The position numbers and the translations under genes were made by a program. Shown piece by piece: positions 39,471 to 47,581 of a DNA stretch of 64,000 nt. The notes below the pieces were generated by a model. It did not search any database. It had not been told where the DNA came from and worked only from the letters and a program-made list of their open reading frames with translations. How positions within the stretch are numbered: position 1 is the first letter of the stretch; the number at the start of each line of letters is the position of its first letter. This stretch comes from an uncultured Gammaproteobacteria bacterium (GTDB lineage: Bacteria; Pseudomonadota; Gammaproteobacteria; Pseudomonadales; Halieaceae), in the NCBI GenBank assembly GCA_963753815.1, contig CAVWDU010000007.1:109167-173166 (forward strand), written 5' to 3'.

Positions 39471-39626
39471 ATGTCGGATTACTACCGGCCGAAGAAACCG
39501 GAACACCGCAAAGACAAGATATGGGAACAGCACCTGCGCTGGTGGGAGGTCATGAGCAGGCAGGTCGACGAGAACCTCGCCCGGCACCGCGCCCAGGTGA
39601 AAAAATACGGCAGGGCAATACGCTAG
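39471..39626 (+). CDS. Hypothetical small basic protein (51 aa)
   Basis: ATG 39471 lies 6 nt after AAGGAG. The translation is MSDYYRPKKPEHRKDKIWEQHLRWWEVMSRQVDENLARHRAQVKKYGRAIR, with a GC3-rich codon pattern like the neighbouring genes. It is below the 60-aa cut-off of the ORF track. No family was recognised. Confidence 0.45.
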   Translation: MSDYYRPKKPEHRKDKIWEQHLRWWEVMSRQVDENLARHRAQVKKYGRAIR

Positions 39627-39664
39627 TCGGGACCCAATCGGGCTAGCAGACTGTTCAACGAGCC

Positions 39665-41242
39665 TCAGCCGGCCGGTGTCGAGGCCCTCGCGGCCTGGCG
39701 CCGCGGTCTGCGCTTTTCTCCGGCCGCCGGGCTGCCCTGCTCGTCATAGCGACGGTAATAGCGCTCAGCCGCCGGGTGCAGGGGCACCGACAGACCCAGA
39801 CGCATGGTTTCCCTGGAGATAAACGCCGCGCGGTAGTAGCGCTGCGCCAGTTCCTCACCCCCCGTCATCAACAGGTCCAGCACCCGCTCGACGCGCTCAT
39901 CGGCCACGTTGACACTGGTGGCCAGGGCGGCCGTTAAACCCAGCGTCGTGACCGCTGTTTTCTGCCCGGGGTAGCTGCGCGCCTCGATCGTCAGGGGATA
40001 GTAGGCGTAGAAGCCGTTATCGAGGCTGCCCACCAGGCTCATCGGCAGGTCAACGAACCTCACATCGTCGCGCCGCGCGGCCAGAGCCTGTAGTGCCGCC
40101 GACGGCACCGCGGCAGTAAGAAACAGGGCATCGAGGGATCCTGACTCCAGCTGCCTGATCGCATCGGCCAGGGGAATCTCCCGCACCACCGGAAGCTGCT
40201 CCGCCTGCAACCGCGCTGCAATCCCGATAATCACCGCATTGATCCGGCTGCCCGAGCCACGCTGGCCTATCGCAACAGTCCTGCCGAGCAGGTCTGACGT
40301 TTCGCGGATACCGGTACGCTCCAGGGTGACGAGGTGAACCGCCTCCGGCCAGAGGCTGGCGACGGCACGCAGGTCCCGGCTGGGCAGGGAGTACTGCTCC
40401 GTGGCTCCCTCGTAAAGCAGCTGCAGCACGTCGCTCTGGACCAGGCCGAAGTCGATCAGTCCGGCCTGCAGGCGACTCGCGTTCTCGACGCTGCCCGCCG
40501 ACTCGGCGCTGAACAGGGCATTCCCACGCTGCTCCGCGACATGGGCCAGTGCCAGCCCGAACTCGTGATAGGTGCCCGCCGGTGGCCCCGACCCGAGGGT
40601 GATCATGCCCTCCTCTTTCGCGCGCGCAAGATCAATCCGCTGAACCGCCTGGTGAAGTTCCTGCAGGGCCCTGGCATCGGCGGGCGCCGCCGGTTCGGTG
40701 CGTTGTCGTGCGAGCAGGGTGCGGGTGTCCCTCAACAGTTGGTCTACGCCCCGCACGGCGTCATCCCGGTTGACCACCGGAGCCCCCGAGGACGGCGATT
40801 CGATCGCGTCCCGTTGCGGCACCCAGGCGTCGGTGCTGTCGGTAGAGTACGCGAGACGGCCGTGCACCGAGAGCTGGTCACCCCGGCTATTACCCTTGGC
40901 ACTGAACCCGGAAACGCCTGACTCGGTGGCCCCCACCGCGAAGGCGAGTGTTGCGACATTAAGCCCGAGCCACTGGGTCAGGCTATAGTTTTCGAGGAAT
41001 TCCAGGCGCGCATCGTAATAGACATAGACCCCGGAGACGCCGGTCTCGATATCGCGAAACGGCGCCGAGCCCGTGCGCCGGAAACTCTCCACCCGGAACA
41101 GGTCCTGCTGGAAGCTGGTGTCCAGGCGCGCCTGCAGTTCACGCTCGAGTTCTGCGGACCCGGGGCCGCGCTCGCAGCCCGAGACCAGCACCAGCACCAG
41201 CACGCCCCAGCACAGAGTGAAACTCCCCGGTCGAATCGTCAC
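39665..41242 (-). CDS. TAXI-family (TRAP-associated) solute-binding lipoprotein with a ~190-aa N-terminal extension
   Basis: 525 aa with a GTG start 3 nt after the gltS stop. Lipobox LVLVSGC. The TAXI core from ~residue 213 reads ITLGSGPPAGTYHEFGLALA...GSVENASRLQAGLIDFGLVQSD...RAVASLWPEAVHLVT...PLHPAAERYY. Confidence 0.8.
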   Translation of the reverse strand: MTIRPGSFTLCWGVLVLVLVSGCERGPGSAELERELQARLDTSFQQDLFRVESFRRTGSAPFRDIETGVSGVYVYYDARLEFLENYSLTQWLGLNVATLAFAVGATESGVSGFSAKGNSRGDQLSVHGRLAYSTDSTDAWVPQRDAIESPSSGAPVVNRDDAVRGVDQLLRDTRTLLARQRTEPAAPADARALQELHQAVQRIDLARAKEEGMITLGSGPPAGTYHEFGLALAHVAEQRGNALFSAESAGSVENASRLQAGLIDFGLVQSDVLQLLYEGATEQYSLPSRDLRAVASLWPEAVHLVTLERTGIRETSDLLGRTVAIGQRGSGSRINAVIIGIAARLQAEQLPVVREIPLADAIRQLESGSLDALFLTAAVPSAALQALAARRDDVRFVDLPMSLVGSLDNGFYAYYPLTIEARSYPGQKTAVTTLGLTAALATSVNVADERVERVLDLLMTGGEELAQRYYRAAFISRETMRLGLSVPLHPAAERYYRRYDEQGSPAAGEKRRPRRQAARASTPAG

Positions 41243-41245
41243 CGC

Positions 41246-42445
41246 TCAAACCCCGAACAACGGTAGTGCGAGGAAACCCTGAATGACCAGCGCGTTGAGA
41301 ATATCGATGAAGAACGCACCCATCAACGGCACCACGATAAACGCCTGGGGTGAGGGCCCGAAACGCAGTGTCAGGGCCTCCATGTTGGCCACCGCGGTCG
41401 GCGTGGCTCCCATACCGAATCCACAATGCCCGCCGGCAATGATCGCCGAATCGTAGTTCGACCCCATCACCCTGAAGGTAACCAGTGACGCGAACAACAC
41501 CATACCCAGTGTCTGCGCAGTCAGCATGACCAGCATCGGCCCCGCGAGGCTGAGCAACTCCCAGAGCCGCAGCGACATCAGCGCCATCGCCAGGAATATC
41601 GAGAGGGAGAGGAAGCCGATCGCATCCACGGTGGGCGGATGGAGGCGAGCGGCAGGCATCACGTGCTCCAGGTTGCGGATGATTACCCCCAGCAGCAAGG
41701 ACCATACGAAACCGGGCAGGGTGAAGGCCGCCCCACCAAACAACTCGGCAAGAAAGCCGCCGCCGATCAGGCAGACCAGCACGACAAACAATGTACTGAG
41801 GAGACTGCTGCTATCGATGGGGTCATCCTCGAGCTCCTCCTCCTGGTCGTGCTGGCGCGCTGCTGCGGTCGATGACAGTCCATGACTGCGAATCAGTCGC
41901 CCGGCCACCGGTCCGCCGATGAGCCCTCCGAGAATCAGGCCGAACGTGGCGCAGGCCATCGCCAGTTCCATGACACCCGCCAGGTTGTTCACTTCACCAA
42001 AGCTGCTGGCGTAGGCAGCGCCCGTGCCGTGCCCGCCCGACAGGGTAATCGAAGCACTGAGGAGCCCTACGAGCGGATGCAGGTCGAGACCGACGGCGGT
42101 GATGACACCTATCGTATCCTGGAGCAGAAGATAACCCAGGCAGACACTGGCGAATAGCAGGAGACGGGGACCGCCCTGACGCAGCAGGGCGGCATTGGCG
42201 CCCAGACCGATGGTGGTAAAAAATGCGAGCATCATCGGTTCTTTCAACGCCATATCGAAATCGATGCGCAGTTGCAGGCCGAGATAGAGAACGGTGGTAA
42301 CCCCTGCGAACAGGAGTCCGCCGACCACCGGCACCGGGATGTTGTTATTGGCCAGAAATGCGACGCGCTGTTGCACCGCGCTGCCGATAAACAGGATAGC
42401 GATCGCTGCGGCGAGCGTCTGCGCCGCGTCGAGGCTGATGACCAT
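41246..42445 (-). CDS. gltS: Sodium/glutamate symporter
   Basis: ~399 aa counted from ATG 42445. MVISLDAAQTLAAAIAILFIGSAVQQRVAFLANNNIPVPVVGGLLFAG aligns with the E. coli GltS N-terminus as I recall it. Polytopic throughout. Confidence 0.85.
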   Translation of the reverse strand: MVISLDAAQTLAAAIAILFIGSAVQQRVAFLANNNIPVPVVGGLLFAGVTTVLYLGLQLRIDFDMALKEPMMLAFFTTIGLGANAALLRQGGPRLLLFASVCLGYLLLQDTIGVITAVGLDLHPLVGLLSASITLSGGHGTGAAYASSFGEVNNLAGVMELAMACATFGLILGGLIGGPVAGRLIRSHGLSSTAAARQHDQEEELEDDPIDSSSLLSTLFVVLVCLIGGGFLAELFGGAAFTLPGFVWSLLLGVIIRNLEHVMPAARLHPPTVDAIGFLSLSIFLAMALMSLRLWELLSLAGPMLVMLTAQTLGMVLFASLVTFRVMGSNYDSAIIAGGHCGFGMGATPTAVANMEALTLRFGPSPQAFIVVPLMGAFFIDILNALVIQGFLALPLFGV

Positions 42446-42499
42446 GCCCACCCCCGGTCGCCCCAAACCGGGTGCGGCCAGGGCTAAGCGTGATTTTCA

Positions 42500-43102
42500 T
42501 CAAGCATAGTCGACGCACCGGGGGGACGCCATCCGGAAAAGGGGACCGGCGGCGCCCACCGCCATCAGGCCGCCCGGTGAAGTGCCTCTCGCCGGTGGCT
42601 GCCATCGCGCCACCGACACGTAATGCTCGAGACCGTCGAACGCGTCAGATGACGATGCATCGAGTTGGCCCACGATCTTAAATTCTGCGCCTGCCGCGCG
42701 GGCACACATGCGATAGAAGCGGGCATTGCGCAGTGAACTGTACATCAACGCCTGACGGTAACCCAGGCGCCAGGAGGCTCCGACCAGTTCATCGAAAAAC
42801 CGCTTTGCGAGAGCGCTGCTGCGATCCTCCGGATTCAATGAGAAGCGCTCCCATACACAGCTCTCGTCGAGCGCGGTTATCTCTCCGGCCAGCGCCCGCG
42901 GGGCCAACTCGGCGTTCACGATTCGGGCTCCACCCACGCAGCGCCCTTGGGCATGCGCAATCAACAGATCACCCAGACGGTCAGCTGCCTCTTCGCCGCC
43001 GTCAAATCCGGCCAGTCCCAGTTCTGCCCTGTAGCAGCGCTCGCGCAGGCGGAAGTACTCGAGCTGCAAGCTGGAGACCGCGTTGAGTTCAAATGTAATC
43101 AT
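42500..43102 (-). CDS. GNAT-fold acyltransferase (N-acyl amino acid synthase / autoinducer-synthase-like)
   Basis: 200 aa counted from ATG 43102. It has a weak GNAT-like pattern (LLIAHAQGRCVGGARIV...WERFSLNPE...RNARFYRMCARAAGAEF). The family assignment is tentative. Confidence 0.5.
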   Translation of the reverse strand: MITFELNAVSSLQLEYFRLRERCYRAELGLAGFDGGEEAADRLGDLLIAHAQGRCVGGARIVNAELAPRALAGEITALDESCVWERFSLNPEDRSSALAKRFFDELVGASWRLGYRQALMYSSLRNARFYRMCARAAGAEFKIVGQLDASSSDAFDGLEHYVSVARWQPPARGTSPGGLMAVGAAGPLFRMASPRCVDYA

Positions 43103-43339
43103 GGCTGCAGTTATCCCGGTGAAGTTCGCCCCGAACACCCCTTGATGCCTGTTGTGATGGAAACAGGTTACTGAACGCGCGAACACGTGGCGATGTCCCT
43201 GAACGACATCAACATGACCGAAGCCGCCAGACTGCTGGCTGACCCGGATGTTTTATGCGATTCTAGCGCTCCAACGCGGCTCACGCCGATGCGAAGAGCC
43301 AGTGAAGAATGCATCCCAACGCCAACCGAGGTCGACCCC

Positions 43340-43705
43340 ATGCTCCGCTACCAACCCACCGCATTGCTGTTTTTCCTGATCTCCCTGATGCTTTCGGCTA
43401 CGCTCACGGCCGCCACCGAAACTGGCGAGGCCTCCTACTACGCCGACAGCCTGAGCGGGAATAAAACCGCCAGCGGCGAGCCCTATGACAAGAACGCAAT
43501 GACCGCTGCCCACCGAACGCTGCCCTTTGGCACCCGGGTCAAGGTGACCCGGGTAGAAACCGGCGAGTCCGTGGAACTGGTGATCAACGACCGCGGGCCG
43601 CACGTCAAGAATCGGATCATCGACGTGTCCGGCGCCGCAGCCGGAAAGCTCGGGCTGCGTAAGGTGGGTCATGCGCAAGTGACGGTAGAGGTTCTGGACG
43701 ACTGA
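43340..43705 (+). CDS. RlpA-like DPBB-domain lipoprotein/secreted protein
   Basis: 121 aa counted from ATG 43340, with a signal peptide. GEASYYADSLSGNKTASGEPYDKNAMTAAHRTLPFGTRVKVTRVETGESVELVINDRGPH is the RlpA double-psi beta-barrel signature. Confidence 0.85.
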   Translation: MLRYQPTALLFFLISLMLSATLTAATETGEASYYADSLSGNKTASGEPYDKNAMTAAHRTLPFGTRVKVTRVETGESVELVINDRGPHVKNRIIDVSGAAAGKLGLRKVGHAQVTVEVLDD

Positions 43706-43744
43706 CTCCGCGGCTATCCGCTTTCACTTCACCTGGAGGTACGC

Positions 43745-44890
43745 ATGATAGGGATCGCAGCCAGACAGCTGATGATACTCATCACGTTAACGGTAACGGT
43801 GCAGGCAACCGGTGCCGGGGAGCCCACGCCCGAAGCGGCCGAGATTATCGAAGCACTGCAATTGCGGGAAGCCGCCGCACCCATCTCCGACAACCCGCGC
43901 TGGCGACCCAAACGCGTTCTAGTGGGCGTATATCCACGTCTGCTGCAGGCGGTGCCCGATTACGTGCAACAGCTCCGCTCCGTGGCCGGGGATATCGAGC
44001 TGGTCATCGATGACCCCGGCAGCTTTGACCCGGACGCCGAGACCCTCAAGGGTATCGACGGCATCATCGGTTTCTGTCGCCTCAGTACAATGGAGAAGGC
44101 CGACCCCGGGCTACTCTGGCTGCACAGCTATTCCGTGGGTATGGACCGGTGTGCCGGTCTTTCCGAGGAGCGCCTGGCGCAGACCGTGTTCACCAACACC
44201 AAGCGGCTCTCGGGCCCGACTATCGCCGAGCACGCCATGGCAATGCTGCTGGGTATTTCCCGGGGATTGCCCCTCTACCTGGATAACCAGTCCCGAGCGA
44301 ACTGGGACCGCAGTCCGGCCGCCAAGGTCGGTTTCGGCGAGCTGGCAGGCAAGACACTGCTGGTGGCTGGCCTCGGTGGCATCGGTACCCAGGTGGCGTG
44401 GCGCGCGCACGGCCTCGGTATGCGCGTGATCGCCACCCGCAACTCCTCTCGCAGCGGCCCCGAGTACGTCGACTACGTCGGCCTTGCCAACGAACTGCAC
44501 AAACTCGCCGGGGAGGCGGACGTCATCGTCAACGCGCTGCCGCTGACTGCCGCCACGACTGACCTGTTCGACAAGGCGTTTTTCGCCGCCGCCAGGCCCG
44601 GGGCGATTTTCATCAGCGTCGGACGCGGCAAGAGCACGGTCACAGAGGAGCTTGTGGCGGCGCTGAAAGAGGGCAAACTCTACGGCGCGGGGCTGGACGT
44701 GACCGATCCCGAACCCCTGCCGCCGGAGAGCCCGCTGTGGGCCATGCCCAACGTCATTATCAGCCCCCACGTGTCAGCGGCCGGCCTCGATAGCGCGAGG
44801 CGCGGCGCCACTATCGCGATAGAAAACCTGCGTCGCTACGCCACCGGGGAGCCATTGCTCAATACGGTGAACATGCGCGCAGGTTACTGA
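43745..44890 (+). CDS. D-isomer-specific 2-hydroxyacid dehydrogenase family protein with N-terminal signal/anchor sequence
   Basis: 381 aa. ATG 43745 lies 5 nt after GGAGG. NAD motif LLVAGLGGIGTQVAWRAHGLGMRVIATR. Catalytic R/E/H context: FISVGRG, LDVTDPEPLP, ISPHVSA. The N-terminus is MIGIAARQLMILITLTVTVQATGA. Confidence 0.8.
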   Translation: MIGIAARQLMILITLTVTVQATGAGEPTPEAAEIIEALQLREAAAPISDNPRWRPKRVLVGVYPRLLQAVPDYVQQLRSVAGDIELVIDDPGSFDPDAETLKGIDGIIGFCRLSTMEKADPGLLWLHSYSVGMDRCAGLSEERLAQTVFTNTKRLSGPTIAEHAMAMLLGISRGLPLYLDNQSRANWDRSPAAKVGFGELAGKTLLVAGLGGIGTQVAWRAHGLGMRVIATRNSSRSGPEYVDYVGLANELHKLAGEADVIVNALPLTAATTDLFDKAFFAAARPGAIFISVGRGKSTVTEELVAALKEGKLYGAGLDVTDPEPLPPESPLWAMPNVIISPHVSAAGLDSARRGATIAIENLRRYATGEPLLNTVNMRAGY

Positions 44891-45459
44891 GCAGACAACC
44901 TGCCAGCAGGGGCGTCCTGCCCCTGTGCCGCCATCCAGTTGGCCTGCTGCTCGATCTGGCCCTTGTTCAGTGGCTCGCGGGATAAAAACCGCACGGTGCC
45001 ATCCGCATTCATGATCGCCAGCAGGGCGCCTTTCTTTCCCAACTGCCAGACACTGGCGCCAAGGCCCTCTGCATCCAGTACCATGGTCGCGTCGGGGTAG
45101 CGGCGCTTGTTGTCCTCGAGCTCCGAAACCACGAAACCGGTGGTACCCCACAGCGCCGCGTCGAGGTTGATCACTGTCGTCACGTGGTAGCTGCCGGGCT
45201 CGAGCCGCTCCTGCAGGTGATCCGTGAACGGGGCGAAGGTCTCGCTGGCGGACTTGGTGCCGGCAAAGTACTGCAGTACGTGCACTGGACCGGGCTGTCG
45301 ATCGGAACGCCATGGGCGGTAATCGAAATCATCTCCTTTCAGGACCAGTTCCCCCCGGTCTTCTATGACCAGGGGTGACAGTGGCCGATCGACCGCGGGC
45401 GCTTCCGCGAAAGCCGTCAGGGAAAGCAGTGGAAGAACCAGCAGCAGGTAGGTTGGCAC
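44884..45459 (-). CDS. YtfJ family periplasmic protein
   Basis: 191 aa with a signal peptide. IEDRGELVLKGDDFDYRPWRS...VHVLQYFAG...TTVINLDAALWGT parallels E. coli YtfJ as I recall it. Confidence 0.7.
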   Translation of the reverse strand: MPTYLLLVLPLLSLTAFAEAPAVDRPLSPLVIEDRGELVLKGDDFDYRPWRSDRQPGPVHVLQYFAGTKSASETFAPFTDHLQERLEPGSYHVTTVINLDAALWGTTGFVVSELEDNKRRYPDATMVLDAEGLGASVWQLGKKGALLAIMNADGTVRFLSREPLNKGQIEQQANWMAAQGQDAPAGRLSAQ

Positions 45460-45552
45460 GATATACTCCAGCGTATTCGGTTACACGCGGCACAATCGGA
45501 AGGCCCGCGTCGCGGCCACGCATCGCGACGCGGAACCGGCACTCAGGCCGGA

Positions 45553-46005
45553 CTAGCTGACAGTGCTCCGCGGGGCAGGCGGCGTGAACGGGGGAAGCCC
45601 GCTCTTACGGCGCACCCAGTTGAGACCTTTCATCACCCCTTCCCGGCGCGCCAGCGAGCGTTCCAGGGCGTGCTTCCCGGGGTAGTTCATCAACACCAGC
45701 CCGAGAAGGAGTGTCAGCAGTCCCTGTCCCGGCGTGAACAACATCAGCAGGCCCAGTGTTGCCAGTACCACACCCACCACATTGCGGACCACCAGCAGCA
45801 ACAGCCCGAGCGGCGTGCGGGATTTGTCCGCCAGGCCGGCCTGCGGCCGCACGAAGTAATCGACCGGCAAACGGGCAACGATCGCCGGCAACAGAACCAG
45901 CGTGCTCACCAGCACACCCAGGGAAACCAGCAGCAATGTGCCACTATGACCCAGGATGAAGTGCGACAGGCGGCTGACCGCCTCGTTCACTGACGCCATG
46001 TCCAC
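45553..46005 (-). CDS. Small membrane protein (PGPGW-like)
   Basis: 150 aa with 3-4 TM helices. A LMLFTPGQGLLTLLLG motif resembles the PGPGW family. Confidence 0.5.
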   Translation of the reverse strand: MDMASVNEAVSRLSHFILGHSGTLLLVSLGVLVSTLVLLPAIVARLPVDYFVRPQAGLADKSRTPLGLLLLVVRNVVGVVLATLGLLMLFTPGQGLLTLLLGLVLMNYPGKHALERSLARREGVMKGLNWVRRKSGLPPFTPPAPRSTVS

Positions 46006-46063
46006 GTCTGCGCTTCACTGCCGGCGGAACGTTTCATCCGCCGGGATCTCGCCGTGGCGGCCG

Positions 46064-47500
46064 TTACCGGCGCGCCACACTCCCGGCCGGGTTGGCGTGG
46101 CCGTCATTCAACTCCTGCACAAATCTATCGGTATCCGCAATCACCCTGGCAAGCTGGCGTTCGCGGCGGCGACCCCATCCCCGCGGGCAGGCTGACAGCC
46201 CCAGCTGCCACCACGCCTTCAGGTTGTGCCGGAAGCCCGCCAGCAGGTGCGGCCGGTCTGCCTCTAGCGTCTCGTCGCGCTGGATACCGTTCAAAACGCT
46301 CTTACCGGCAATATTTCTCAGCTTGGCGTAGAGAAATGCGAGGACGATTACTGCCGCCGCCGCGACGGCGATCTGGATATTCTGGTCCAGGTTGACGAAG
46401 GGCATGAAGTACAGACCGTCCCAGTAGCCGGCGTCGATCGTCCACCAGAAGAACAGCCCGGCAAGCAAACCGAAACCGATCAGGCTCAACCAGAGGGTGC
46501 GCGAACGCCAGCGCCCGCGGGCGCTCTCGATGCCCGGGACCAGCGTTTCCTGCAGGTGACGGGCCTCCCGCTCGGCCGCCCCGGCTACGCGGTAGGCGCG
46601 GTCGATTTCCACATTGCGAATCCGGTTCTCGATCTCCCCCAGGTCTTCGTCGCGCTTCCGCTCCAGCCGCTCGCGAATCTCGTTGTTTTCCAGCTTGAGC
46701 GCAGTGTCGCGGGCGTAGATCGTGTAGAACCGTCCGGCCGTGAGCCCGTGCTGGGCCATGGCGCGATGCCAGGCAGCCACCACCTCCTCGGAGTTGTCCT
46801 CCCTGGCGGCATTGTCGATCTGGTTGAGAATGTAAAGAAACTTGTTCGCGTCGTGGCGGTTGACGGTTTCGGACACCAGGTGCTGCAGGGTATCCACCAT
46901 GGCTCCGGGCTCGGGGTGCCGGGCGTCGAAGAAGACGAGCACCAGGTCCGACAGGTTGATAATGTGGTCCGTCAGCAGGAGCGTGGACGTGCGCTGCTTA
47001 TCGGCGTCGAAGCCGGGTGAGTCGATGAGAATCTTCCCGCGCAGTATCTCGGCTTCGCAGGTCTTCAGCTGCAGATAGGAATCCACACCCCGCTCGTCGC
47101 CTTCAGCGACCTCGGCGATGGCCTTCCCGATCTGGTAGAAGGGAAAGCGGGGGTCGGATTCCAGCGCAAGGCCGGGCAACGCGGCGTTGCCCGCACCGGT
47201 CCCGTGGCAGATGACCGTGAACTTGTCATCGACAGCCTGGTTTCCCGTATTCTGCAGGTCGGCGCCCAGGAGTTGGTTGATGAACGTGGACTTGCCCGCC
47301 GAAAAGGTACCGAGCACCGAGATCACCGGCCACCATGACACCTCGGCACAGAGGCTCTCGTCGTCATCGATCACGCCCAGCTTGCGTCCGATCTTATCGA
47401 GGCGCTGGGTGTTGGTCACCGCTTCCCCGAGCACGGGATTTTCTTTCTTGAAATGTTCGATGAGCTTCCGGGTGCGTTCCTGAAGGGGGGATCTGGCCAT
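46064..47500 (-). CDS. Dynamin-family GTPase with C-terminal membrane hairpin
   Basis: 478 aa counted from ATG 47500. P-loop VLGTFSAGKSTFINQLLG, a DSPG (G3) motif, and two C-terminal hydrophobic helices (LWLSLIGFGLLAGLFFWW and IAVAAAAVIVLAFLYA). Confidence 0.8.
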   Translation of the reverse strand: MARSPLQERTRKLIEHFKKENPVLGEAVTNTQRLDKIGRKLGVIDDDESLCAEVSWWPVISVLGTFSAGKSTFINQLLGADLQNTGNQAVDDKFTVICHGTGAGNAALPGLALESDPRFPFYQIGKAIAEVAEGDERGVDSYLQLKTCEAEILRGKILIDSPGFDADKQRTSTLLLTDHIINLSDLVLVFFDARHPEPGAMVDTLQHLVSETVNRHDANKFLYILNQIDNAAREDNSEEVVAAWHRAMAQHGLTAGRFYTIYARDTALKLENNEIRERLERKRDEDLGEIENRIRNVEIDRAYRVAGAAEREARHLQETLVPGIESARGRWRSRTLWLSLIGFGLLAGLFFWWTIDAGYWDGLYFMPFVNLDQNIQIAVAAAAVIVLAFLYAKLRNIAGKSVLNGIQRDETLEADRPHLLAGFRHNLKAWWQLGLSACPRGWGRRRERQLARVIADTDRFVQELNDGHANPAGSVARR

Positions 47501-47581
47501 GTGAAGTCCTTTGCCTGAGTCGTAAATGTGAACACTATAGAAGTTGACACAGCCCCTGTCCAAGCGAGGTAGCGTCGCGCT

